In this document: one piece after another, positions 37,625 through 47,679 of the stretch
Layout: every line of letters starts with the position of its first letter
How positions within the stretch are numbered: position 1 is the stretch's first letter
Source of the DNA: Myxococcota bacterium
GTDB lineage: Bacteria > Myxococcota > Kuafuiibacteriia > Kuafuiibacteriales > Kuafuiibacteriaceae
Assembly: GCA_039024635.1 (NCBI GenBank)
Contig: JBCCQA010000001.1
Span: 206,484-270,483 of the forward strand
Direction of reading: 5' to 3'
DNA length: 64,000 nucleotides
Notes under the pieces: generated by a model
The model's input: only the letters and a program-made list of their open reading frames with translations
What the model was told of the DNA's origin: nothing
Databases searched by the model: none
Made by a program: the position numbers and the translations under genes

Positions 37625-38827
37625 TCACTCCTCCGAGGACGTCATGTCCGTCACGATCTCGGGGCAGGCCTCCAGAGTGCGATGAACCGGACAGCGATCT
37701 GCGATCTCCCGCAGCCGCGCTCTTTGGGCCTCGTCCAGTGGACCTTGGATCCGAAGCTGACGGTGAAGCCTTTCGACCCGTCCGCTCTGGCCCTCGGCGT
37801 CCTCTTGGTGACTTCGCTCGTGCCGGAGAAGGACGTCGACTTCCTCCAAGGGCCAGGCTTTCCGCTTGGCGTACATCCGAAGGGTCATCGAGGTGCAGGT
37901 GCCGAGGGCGGCGAGCAAGAATTCGTAGGGCGTGATGCCGCTGTCGTCGCCGCCCAAAGACTTGGGCTCGTCGCCTCGGAGTACGTGTCGTCGGGCCTGG
38001 ACGCGCTGCGCCAGCTTGGGGAGGGCGCTCACCCGAACGAGGCCTTCGTCTTCGTCCTGCGAACGTCGCTCCGGCAAGAAGCGGCTCGCCCAAGCTGAGA
38101 CCACGTCGGCCACATACTGGGAGTCCCGAGGCCGCGTCAGAAGGTGATCCGCGTCGTCGAGACTGATGAAGGACTTGGGATGGGTCGCGGCCTCGAAGAT
38201 CTTCCGGGCCTCGTCGACCCCTACCAATTCGTCGGTCGGCGCGTGAAGGACGAGAAGAGGGCGACGAATCCGGCGGATCTGGGCCTCCAGGCGCTGGTCC
38301 TGAAGGTCGTCCACGAACTGTTTCTTGATGGTGAAGCGTCGACCGGCCAGGTCGACTTCGGCCTCTCCGCGGGCGTTGATCTCGTCCAGGCCGTCCCGAA
38401 GGAGATGGGTCACGTGGCCGGGGCTTGCCGGCGCGGCGATGGTGACGACGGCCTTCACGGTCTTCAGCTCGGGCGCGGCGGCCAGGACGGCCGCCCCACC
38501 CAGGGAGTGACCGATCAGGAGATCGACTTCTTTGCTCGCTTCGTTGAGGGCCCGAGCCGCAACGAGAAGGTCTTGGACGTTGGAGCTGAAGTTCTCGTTG
38601 GCGAAGTCGCCCTCGGAGTTCCCCAGACCCGTGAAGTCGAAGCGCAGGACGCCAATCCCCCGGTCGACCAGGGCCCGGCTGACCCGGGTTGCGGCCGCGA
38701 TGTCCTTCGAGCATGTGAAGCAGTGGGCGAACAGTGCGTAGCCCCGACAGTCGTCGTAGGGCTCTTCGAGGCGGCCCGACAGCGTCTCGCCACGGCCGTT
38801 CTCGAAGCTGAACTGAGATTGGAGCAT
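37625..38827 (-). CDS. Bifunctional alpha/beta-hydrolase / OsmC-Ohr family protein
   Basis: The start is taken at MLQSQFSF. The nucleophile elbow GHSLGG and catalytic D/H lie in the N-terminal half. The C-terminal ~130 aa contain the OsmC-like motif with two Cys (GTCTSMT...DRCPVHRTL). Confidence 0.7.
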   Translation of the reverse strand: MLQSQFSFENGRGETLSGRLEEPYDDCRGYALFAHCFTCSKDIAAATRVSRALVDRGIGVLRFDFTGLGNSEGDFANENFSSNVQDLLVAARALNEASKEVDLLIGHSLGGAAVLAAAPELKTVKAVVTIAAPASPGHVTHLLRDGLDEINARGEAEVDLAGRRFTIKKQFVDDLQDQRLEAQIRRIRRPLLVLHAPTDELVGVDEARKIFEAATHPKSFISLDDADHLLTRPRDSQYVADVVSAWASRFLPERRSQDEDEGLVRVSALPKLAQRVQARRHVLRGDEPKSLGGDDSGITPYEFLLAALGTCTSMTLRMYAKRKAWPLEEVDVLLRHERSHQEDAEGQSGRVERLHRQLRIQGPLDEAQRARLREIADRCPVHRTLEACPEIVTDMTSSEE

Positions 38828-38874
38828 CCGCGGATGCTGCCCTCGTGCCCCCCCAGGGTCGAGAACCGGACTGC

Positions 38875-40026
38875 TCAATTCAGATGGCGACGAAGTAGTT
38901 CTTTGGCTTCCTGGGCGGCGGGGCTGCCGGGGGCGTGGTCCAAGACCGCCATCAGATGCTGATAGGCCGCTGTGGATTGGCCCTCCTCCATCCTCATCTT
39001 GGCTAGGGCGAGGAAGATCTCGGCCATGGCGCTGGGGTCGGTTTGATTCTCGGCCAAGGTTTGACGCAAGAGCGCCATGGCCGAAGCCCGTTGTCCTAGC
39101 TCGTTCATCCATTCGGCCAGCTGGGTGATCTCGCGCAGGCGGAGTGCCCGGAGTCGCCCCGGACCGGCATTCAGTGCCGCGGCCACCGCCTCTCCCCGTC
39201 GACCTTGCTCTAGTCCGTCCCTGACTTGTTCGAGCGCGTCTTGCGACCCTGCTTCGGGCGCGCCAGCTGGGGTCCGGAACACGGGTCGCGGGGTTTCGGC
39301 GGAGGGCTTTCGACGACGGCCGCCCCAGCCCATCCGCTCGGCGGCAAAGGCGATGGCCAGGCCGCCAAAGAAGCCGCCGATGTGGGCCCCATAGGCCACG
39401 CCGGTCTGGGCCCCGAAGAGGACCGGGATGAAGTTGTCCAAGACGAGATAGATGCCCAGAACCACTCGAGCCGGGATCAGGAGCACGTCGAAGAAGAAGG
39501 GAAAGAGGAGAACGAAGACCTTCACTCGGTTGCGTGGAAAAAGGAGAAAGTAAAAGCCGAGCACGCCACTGATGGCGCCTGAGGCACCGACCATGGGCAC
39601 CATCGAGTTGCCGGCGAAGAGGGCGAAGGTGAGGGTCGCTGCCACGCCGGTGGCGATGTAGCTCAGCAGGTAGCGGAGGCGGCCCAGGTAGTGCTCGACG
39701 TTGTCGCCATAGATCCAGAGGAAGAGCATGTTCCCGGCCAGGTGGCCGAAGCCGCCGTGGAGGAACATCGAGCTGAAGAGATCGCCCAGGGAGGGCGCAG
39801 CGGGCTTGAAGCCGTTGTTGAAGATGAAGAGGTCGTAGGCACTCTTGGGGCGCTGACCCAGGGCCTGGAGGTATTCCCGGAAACCCTCCATGTCGGCCCG
39901 GGCGCCTTGGTTGGCCAGGGGAAGAGTCACGAGCACGAACACCCCCACGTTGAGGGCGAGAAGCGCGTGGTTCACCCAGGGTTTGAAGTTCGGAGGGTTC
40001 GGCGTGTCACCGACCGGGAGGAACAC
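38875..40026 (-). CDS. Rhomboid family intramembrane serine protease with a C-terminal soluble helical (TPR-like) extension
   Basis: The rhomboid catalytic motifs GASGAISGVLG (Ser) and AHIGGFFGG (His) are present. There are six TM segments and a C-terminal ~130-aa Ala/Leu-rich domain. Confidence 0.8.
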   Translation of the reverse strand: MFLPVGDTPNPPNFKPWVNHALLALNVGVFVLVTLPLANQGARADMEGFREYLQALGQRPKSAYDLFIFNNGFKPAAPSLGDLFSSMFLHGGFGHLAGNMLFLWIYGDNVEHYLGRLRYLLSYIATGVAATLTFALFAGNSMVPMVGASGAISGVLGFYFLLFPRNRVKVFVLLFPFFFDVLLIPARVVLGIYLVLDNFIPVLFGAQTGVAYGAHIGGFFGGLAIAFAAERMGWGGRRRKPSAETPRPVFRTPAGAPEAGSQDALEQVRDGLEQGRRGEAVAAALNAGPGRLRALRLREITQLAEWMNELGQRASAMALLRQTLAENQTDPSAMAEIFLALAKMRMEEGQSTAAYQHLMAVLDHAPGSPAAQEAKELLRRHLN

Positions 40027-40123
40027 ACCCTAGGGTCGGTGGGCTCAGCCAGGCGGTCAAAGGAAAGTGGCCGAGCGCTGGCCGGAGGCGCCCGATCCTG
40101 TCGAGAGCCGCCAGCAAGCGGGG

Positions 40124-40363
40124 TCATTCGCACTCGGAAGGGAAAGTTTGGATGGCCGCTTCGATGGAGGCTCGGGCGTCTCGATAGGCGTCCAGCTGGG
40201 CGTCACAGAAGTCATCGTTGCCCGTGATTTCGATGAGCGTGGTGAACCCGGCTTCTCTGAGGGCATCGTTGCAGTCTGCCAGCGTATCGCAGCCGCCGCC
40301 GCAGGCCGTGAGGCCCACCGAGCTGGCGAAGAGAAGGGTCAGGGTGAGAGCAAGTTGCTTCAT
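40124..40363 (-). CDS. Small Cys-containing lipoprotein (~80 aa)
   Basis: The internal start MKQLALTLTLLFASSVGLTACGGGC has a lipobox. Six Cys occur in the mature peptide. Confidence 0.35.
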   Translation of the reverse strand: MKQLALTLTLLFASSVGLTACGGGCDTLADCNDALREAGFTTLIEITGNDDFCDAQLDAYRDARASIEAAIQTFPSECE

Positions 40364-40509
40364 AGAGCTCCGGGTTAGCGCGGCTGTGACCGCAGATGAA
40401 GTGCGCTCATGCGACAATTTCCGGAGTAGGCCGCCGAGCCGGGCCTCGACTGTCCTCCACGCCAGTGGGCCTCCGCTGAGAAAGCTCGATCGAGGGCCGG
40501 CCTAAAACA

Positions 40510-40722
40510 CTAGTCCAGGCAGGCCTCGGGGATGTTGGGGCCGACCTGGAAGGTTCTGCGGGACAGCTCACACTGTTCACCGTCGTTGTTGGGAGGAATG
40601 TCGCAGAACGCGGCATCGAAGCCTTCCCGGTCGCTTGTGAAGGCCTCGCAGCACTCCTGAAGTCTGTCGCAACGGTTGTCGCAGCTCGCCAGACCGAGGA
40701 CGAAAAGGAAGGCGTAGCGCAC
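40510..40722 (-). CDS. Small Cys-rich lipoprotein (~70 aa), a possible paralog of the neighbouring small lipoprotein
   Basis: A GTG start gives VRYAFLFVLGLASCDNRCD.... The mature peptide has 7 Cys, with a similar spacing of Cys and acidic residues to the 40124-40363 product. Confidence 0.3.
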   Translation of the reverse strand: MRYAFLFVLGLASCDNRCDRLQECCEAFTSDREGFDAAFCDIPPNNDGEQCELSRRTFQVGPNIPEACLD

Positions 40723-40813
40723 CCCACGGCTCTGCAACGGGTGCCGCCCGCATGCAACGGGGAAGCGTGGGTGGATGGCCGCGCCGGGCCGGAGCCCGAC
40801 GCGGAGAGCGAGG

Positions 40814-41146
40814 TCATCCGACCCGGACTTCAATGCGTCGGGGCTGTTGGGCGGCCGGCTTCGGCAGCTCCAGCCTGAGGACTCCATGCTCCAGCTTGGC
40901 CACGATGGTCTCGGCGTCGACCGCCTCCGGATCCACGCGGAACCGACGGCGAAGCCTAAGGGTCTCGCCTCCAAGATGTCGACGACCCTCGATGGTCAGC
41001 TCATCGTCTTTAAGAGATACCGCGAGCGCCTCCCGAGTCACCCCCGGCAGGTCGGCGAGGATCAGGGTCCCCCGCTCGTTTTCGAGCAGGTCGACGGGAA
41101 AGCTGCCGAAGGCTTCGACCGTCTCGCTCTTTCTTCCTTCGCTCAT
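40814..41146 (-). CDS. Hsp20/alpha-crystallin family small heat-shock protein
   Basis: The 110-aa product carries the alpha-crystallin-domain motifs (LILADLPGV...L.V...DDELTI.G...VAKLEHGVLRLELPK). Its ATG overlaps the stop of the upstream Hsp20 (ATGA). Confidence 0.75.
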   Translation of the reverse strand: MSEGRKSETVEAFGSFPVDLLENERGTLILADLPGVTREALAVSLKDDELTIEGRRHLGGETLRLRRRFRVDPEAVDAETIVAKLEHGVLRLELPKPAAQQPRRIEVRVG

Positions 41147-41598
41147 GACTTCTCTTCCTTTCCGCTTCGGACCGCGACAGGGATGCTGCGCCGCGAGGGC
41201 GCTCGCTTGGGCAGCTGCAGGGTCAGAACACCGTCGGCGAACTGCGCCTCGATGCCCTCTCGGTCGATCTCGGCGCCAAGACGCCAGCTTCGCTCGAAGC
41301 TCGGAGCGAGCCGCTCTCGTCGCCGGACCTGATAGCCCTCCGGCGTTTGGGGCGTTTGGGGCGTTCGATGGGCCGAGACGCTCAAACGATCGTCTCGGAC
41401 TTCGACCTTCACGTGCTCCGGTGCCAGGCCCGGAATGTCGACCGAGATCTCGATCTGCTCGTCTCGATCGTCCACGTGAATGCGGGGTCCACGCCCGCTC
41501 TCCGTGAAGCCGCCGAAGAACGCCTCTGGCGTGCTCATGAACCCATTCATCAGGGCGAACGGGTCCAGCAGGCCCGAGGGCCTCTTCGTCAAAATCAT
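41143..41598 (-). CDS. Hsp20/alpha-crystallin family small heat-shock protein
   Basis: The 151-aa product carries the motifs IEISVDIPGLAPEHVKVEV.DDRLSV and AQFADGVLTLQLPK. It is divergent from groES. Confidence 0.8.
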   Translation of the reverse strand: MILTKRPSGLLDPFALMNGFMSTPEAFFGGFTESGRGPRIHVDDRDEQIEISVDIPGLAPEHVKVEVRDDRLSVSAHRTPQTPQTPEGYQVRRRERLAPSFERSWRLGAEIDREGIEAQFADGVLTLQLPKRAPSRRSIPVAVRSGKEEKS

Positions 41599-41905
41599 GC
41601 AAACCTCCTGCCGGCCGTTCCATTGAGTGGCGTTGACATGCCGACGACCGACGAAGGCAGTCTAGCCACCCACCCGGGGCGTCAAGTGAGCGCCCGGATT
41701 TCTCGGCCCCAAACACCTGGAAAGGGAGTCCGGGAAAGACCTGATTGTCGATTTTCGTCCAAGCTACGCTTGACGGCTCGGCTGCCGTGACTAAGTGTCC
41801 GCGCGCGACCTGGCAGCCACACCAGCGTGGTGGCTAAGGTCAGAGAAAAGAAGCAATGATTCCGGTCGCTTAGTCGGCCGTCTCATCTGAGAGGTAACAG
41901 AGAAA

Positions 41906-42196
41906 ATGGCAAAGTTCCGTCCACTCCACGACCGTCTCCTCGTCAAGCGCGTCGAAGCCGAGGAAAAGTCCAAGGGAGGCATCATCATTCCCGACTCCGC
42001 CAAGGAGAAGCCCATCGAGGGCGAAGTCATCGCCGTGGGCAACGGCAAGATCCTGGAGGATGGCAAGTCCCGTCCCCTCGAGATCAAGGTCGGCGAGAAG
42101 ATCCTGTTCGGCAAGTACAGCGGGACCGAGATCAAGATCGAAGGCGACGAGCACATCATCCTGCGCGAGGACGAAGTCCTCGGCGTGCTCGAATAG
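41906..42196 (+). CDS. groES: Co-chaperonin GroES
   Basis: The 96-aa product [36 protein letters not shown]... is canonical GroES. An RBS GAGAGG lies upstream. Confidence 0.97.
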   Translation: MAKFRPLHDRLLVKRVEAEEKSKGGIIIPDSAKEKPIEGEVIAVGNGKILEDGKSRPLEIKVGEKILFGKYSGTEIKIEGDEHIILREDEVLGVLE

Positions 42197-43879
<1,683 letters not shown>

Positions 43880-43925
43880 TCCACGCCTGAGCCCCGGGCC
43901 GTTCCTTCGTGGGCGGCCCCTCGTC

Positions 43926-43970
43926 GAAGCCCTCCCTCGGCCTGCCGAGCGGAGGGCTTCGTCGTTTCGC
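43926..43970 (+). terminator. Rho-independent terminator candidate downstream of groEL
   Basis: A perfect 10-bp stem GAAGCCCTCC...GGAGGGCTTC encloses a 15-nt palindromic loop and is followed by GTCGTTTCG. Confidence 0.55.
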
Positions 43971-44118
43971 CCCAACCGTTCACTCGATGCACCATTGAGG
44001 GATTTCGGGGTCGATTTAATGGACGATGCTCAAGAACTGGGCGGGTTATTCCTGGCGATGAGGGCCTGTACCTGGAGGTCGCTACCCACCGGGGCCCCTC
44101 TCGCTTAGCTTTGATCCC

Positions 44119-45495
44119 ATGAGGGTAGAAGCCGCATTCGACGCCTTGCCCTTTGCCTGCTGCGCCTTCACTCCGCCCGACGATCGTATCCAGTGGTTCA
44201 ACCTCGGTTGGACGGTCCACTTCGATTACGACGAAGACGAGCTCGTCCGTCGTCCCTTCCACGAGCTGGTGGTCGAGGCTGACCGGTTGGCCTGGCAACA
44301 TCACCTGGCCTATCTCTCCCTCTCGACCGCGAAGTTCGCCCAGTTCGAGCTCCAGCTGAGCTCGAGGCGCCATGCACCCATGCGCTTCGAGTTCGAAGGG
44401 ATGCGGGTGGAGGAGAGGGTAGTCCTCATGGGCCGAAGCCGACTCCCGACCGCAGAGCGGCGTCTCCGAGAGATGAGGCTCGCCGCCGTCGCCTATCAGG
44501 GGAGTCGCCGTGCCCTCGTCGTCGTGGACGCCAAGACCCGCCGCATCGAGGGCATGAACGAACAGGCCCGGAAGCTCCTCGCCCCGGTGGTCGGCTTCGT
44601 GCGGGGTTCGAATTTGGATGCCCACTTTCCTCGCTCCCTCGCTCTCATCGAAGGCAGCGCTCAAACGGTGCGGCTCAAGACCGGAGCAGGCGCGGACCTC
44701 GACCTTCGGGTCCTGGTCGGTCGTCGAGAAGGGGGCCTGATGACGCTGACTCTGGAAGAAGGCGAAGCCCAATCGGCCGAGCTCATGCCGGTCGATGAGG
44801 TGGCCATGAGCTGCCATGACCTTCGGACACCTTTGACCTCGGTCGTCGCCTCGCTCAGCCTACTCAAGAACTCGCCGCAGCTCGATCCTGCCTTCTTGGA
44901 GCTTCTGGAGGTGGCCGAACGAGGAGCCCAATCGATGGAGGGCTTGCTGGAACGACTCATGCGCTCGACTGGTCTCATCGACGGCCAGTCGAGGATGCGA
45001 ATCGACGAGGTCGACCTCGGCCAGCTGACCCGCGAGGTCGTGAGCCTGCAGGCGCTTCGTGCCGACGAGCTTGGGGTTCCGGTCAAGGTTCGGATGGACG
45101 CTCAGCTGGGTCCGGTCCGAGGGGATGGCGTGGAACTGTCCCGCGTTCTGGGCAACCTCCTCAGCAACGCCCTTCGCTTCTCGACCCGGGGCTCTTCGAT
45201 CGAGATCGACGTGGCCGCAGCGGGACTGGGCAGCTGGCTGCGCATCGAGGTCTGCGATCGGGGTCCCGGCGTGCCCGCCAGCTTTCGGCGTCAGCTCTTC
45301 GAGAAAGGTGCCTCCACCAGCTTGGGGTCCGCTCGAGGACAAAGCGGTCTGGGCCTATTCTTGAGTCGAGAGATCGCGCGACGTCACGGCGGAGAGCTGC
45401 GATACGAGAACCGACCTGGAGGCGGAGCCCGCTTCATCTTGGAGCTGCCGGGGTCGGCGAACGACGCAGGAGGCGCTCGTCATGGAATCGTCTGA
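44119..45495 (+). CDS. Cytoplasmic PAS-domain sensor histidine kinase
   Basis: Motifs present: HisKA H-box MSCHDLRTPLTSV, N-box LGNLLSNALRFS, and the G-boxes DRGPGVP and GLGLFLSREIARRHGG. There are no TM segments. Confidence 0.85.
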   Translation: MRVEAAFDALPFACCAFTPPDDRIQWFNLGWTVHFDYDEDELVRRPFHELVVEADRLAWQHHLAYLSLSTAKFAQFELQLSSRRHAPMRFEFEGMRVEERVVLMGRSRLPTAERRLREMRLAAVAYQGSRRALVVVDAKTRRIEGMNEQARKLLAPVVGFVRGSNLDAHFPRSLALIEGSAQTVRLKTGAGADLDLRVLVGRREGGLMTLTLEEGEAQSAELMPVDEVAMSCHDLRTPLTSVVASLSLLKNSPQLDPAFLELLEVAERGAQSMEGLLERLMRSTGLIDGQSRMRIDEVDLGQLTREVVSLQALRADELGVPVKVRMDAQLGPVRGDGVELSRVLGNLLSNALRFSTRGSSIEIDVAAAGLGSWLRIEVCDRGPGVPASFRRQLFEKGASTSLGSARGQSGLGLFLSREIARRHGGELRYENRPGGGARFILELPGSANDAGGARHGIV

Positions 45496-45949
45496 AGCCA
45501 GGCTCTGGATCATCGACGACGCCGAGGATGACCTCCAGGTCTTCCGTCGTTTCCTACGGAAGCACGAGAGGCTTTGCACCCCTTCTTTCATCGAGTCCGG
45601 TGTCCAGGCCATGGAGCTCCTCGAGCAGGGTGATGTTCCGGACCTCATCATTCTGGACCTTCGCATGACGCCGGTGGGCGGCCTTCAGATCCTCCGTGCG
45701 GTTCGCGAGAAGTACGGGGGACTCGTGCCCGTCATCATGGTGTCAGGCGGCGCCGAAGGGCGAGAGGTCCTGGAGGCCTATGACCTAGGAGCCAATGCCT
45801 TCATCGAGAAGCCCTCCCACCACGCCGAGTTTGTCGAACTCTTGGCTTCGACTCTGGGCTTCTGGCTCCGCCACGCCCTGAGGCCGAGCGGGGCGTTCGC
45901 TTCCGGCGAGCTCGATGCCCGCCCGGCTCTGGTCCGTCGCAGCAGCTGA
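45482..45949 (+). CDS. Single-domain response regulator (REC only)
   Basis: It starts 14 nt inside the histidine-kinase gene. Motifs are LWIIDDAEDD, DLIILDLRM and LGANAFIEKP. The last ~30 residues extend beyond the domain and overlap the convergent gene. Confidence 0.75.
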   Translation: MESSEARLWIIDDAEDDLQVFRRFLRKHERLCTPSFIESGVQAMELLEQGDVPDLIILDLRMTPVGGLQILRAVREKYGGLVPVIMVSGGAEGREVLEAYDLGANAFIEKPSHHAEFVELLASTLGFWLRHALRPSGAFASGELDARPALVRRSS

Positions 45950-47659
45950 AGTCTGGCTCGGGTCAAGCACGTCTCCCGCTGCTGAGGACTGGGTGCGCGT
46001 GACCACGATCAGGATGGTGTGCCAACGGGCGCCCAACGGGCGGAAGATGATGAGATCGACTTCGGCGGCAAGGGCGGAAGTACTGAGGAGTTCCGGGTCG
46101 GGGACCCAGCGCTCCAGATCGTGGACTTCTTGGGCAATCACTCCGACGGCCTGACCGGGACGACGCCGTGTGCCCTGGCGGATGTAGTCTCGGACCAGAG
46201 CTTGGACGCCCACCTCCTGACGAATCACGCGCTCCGCCATCGACTTGTTGCCCACGAGCTCGATGGGCTGAAGCGGCTCCAGACCGCGGGCGCTTCGCTC
46301 TCGGTCCAAAATCTCCATCGCTCGGGCTCGATATGCCTCGGCGTCCTCGGGCTCGAAGCCCTGGTAGCTTGAGATCAGGAGGCCCAAGACCCCGGACGAT
46401 GGATCTCCGCCCAGTCCAAAGGCTACGCGGTCGGCCTCGGGTGACATCAGCAGGCGGCGACTGCTGGGTTCCTCGAGCAGGGCGCTCAGGACGGCGACTG
46501 TGCTGGTGCTCCAGGGCAGCACGCGTGACGTGAAGTCGGCGTTCAAGATGGGCCCCGAGACCTGATATCCCGCGACTACGCCCCGCATGATGGTCTCCAG
46601 CACCTCGGCGTCGCCGCCTTCCTGTTCCTCGAAGAAGCGCGGGGTCACGGACTTGTTGAAGGCGCTCTGGGAGGACTGGAGCTCGAGCGGAGGGAGGTCC
46701 GCTCGCTTGCGTGCTTCGTTGATGGCGTCCGTCAGGGCCTGCGGCGTAGGACCTCCATCGGAATCCGTAGGTCGCAGGATCTCGGGGCCCAGCCTCTCGT
46801 TCCGGCTGAAGGCCAGGCTCAGATCCAGGTCGGCCAAGATCCTCCCTTGGGGGGCGCTCGATAGATTGAATCGAAGCTCAAGATCGTTCTTGTCGACGGG
46901 ACACACGACCCGGAATCGCGGGAGCGAGAGCTCAGGGTCGGATGTGCAGTCTCGGTAGCCTAAGGGCCCATGGGTTACCGAGGCGATCACGATGTCGACC
47001 GGCCCTTGAAGGCGACCCGCGACGGTCAGCTCGGTCTCTTCGAGCTGGGCCGTCTCGACCAGGGCCGAAACGCCCCCCCAGGCCAGGACAAGATACAGCT
47101 GCGCCTCGGCTTCATGGACGCCGTAGCCGAGCTCGAGGCGACCGTTCTCTTGGAGCTCGTCCAGGCCTTCCTCGAAAATGCGCGCCGTCACCGCCCCGAC
47201 CCGCTCGACGCTCAGTTCCGGGGCATTCTCCAGGACCCAATACCGATGGTTCAGGTGGGAGGCCGTGGTGCCGCACACTGGGCCGACACGCTGAAGGACG
47301 TGAAGGGGCGGGGGGCCCTGGGCCTCCGCCAGGTAGCCGGCGACCTTCTCGGCCGCACAGACCATCGCCCGCGTATAGAGCCAGTCGGGGGCGCGCCGCC
47401 GATCGAAACTGGGCTGCAGCTCTTCGGGAGGAGGGAGGGTCTGCACGCTCGTGAACCCTGGACCTTCGAGTTCGAAGCGCTTCAGGGTTGGTCTGTCGGC
47501 GAAGGAACGGGTCGCGGAAGCCGTGTCGGTTTGGAAGGCCCGCAGCGAAGCTGGGCTCGGAAAGGCCGGGGTGCGAGGCTGAGGGGCGGCGACCGTAGTG
47601 CAGGCGGCGGTCGCAAGAGCAGCCATCCATGGCGGGAGCCGAAGCATATCCTCCTCCAT
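45785..47659 (-). CDS. Large secreted lipoprotein with a C-terminal CAP/SCP-like region
   Basis: The signal peptide with lipobox is MLRLPPWMAALATAAC. The segment ALTDAINEARKRADLPPLELQSSQSAFNK... resembles CAP-domain proteins. The rest is unassigned. Confidence 0.4.
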   Translation of the reverse strand: MEEDMLRLPPWMAALATAACTTVAAPQPRTPAFPSPASLRAFQTDTASATRSFADRPTLKRFELEGPGFTSVQTLPPPEELQPSFDRRRAPDWLYTRAMVCAAEKVAGYLAEAQGPPPLHVLQRVGPVCGTTASHLNHRYWVLENAPELSVERVGAVTARIFEEGLDELQENGRLELGYGVHEAEAQLYLVLAWGGVSALVETAQLEETELTVAGRLQGPVDIVIASVTHGPLGYRDCTSDPELSLPRFRVVCPVDKNDLELRFNLSSAPQGRILADLDLSLAFSRNERLGPEILRPTDSDGGPTPQALTDAINEARKRADLPPLELQSSQSAFNKSVTPRFFEEQEGGDAEVLETIMRGVVAGYQVSGPILNADFTSRVLPWSTSTVAVLSALLEEPSSRRLLMSPEADRVAFGLGGDPSSGVLGLLISSYQGFEPEDAEAYRARAMEILDRERSARGLEPLQPIELVGNKSMAERVIRQEVGVQALVRDYIRQGTRRRPGQAVGVIAQEVHDLERWVPDPELLSTSALAAEVDLIIFRPLGARWHTILIVVTRTQSSAAGDVLDPSQTSAAATDQSRAGIELAGSERPARPQGVAEPEAQSRSQEFDKLGVVGGLLDEGIGS

Positions 47660-47679
47660 AGCCCTTACGCCCGACGAGG

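Noticed and set aside
37518-38714. 398-aa minus ORF overlapping the alpha/beta hydrolase-OsmC gene in another frame
   Set aside because: It is an Arg/Pro/Gly-rich artefact. The neighbouring frame carries GHSLGG and OsmC motifs.
41600-41905. CIRCE (HrcA operator) upstream of groES
   Set aside because: No TTAGCACTC-N9-GAGTGCTAA-like inverted repeat was found by eye. Only a distant ctagccac/gtggctag pair ~170 nt apart was seen, which is too far apart to be CIRCE.
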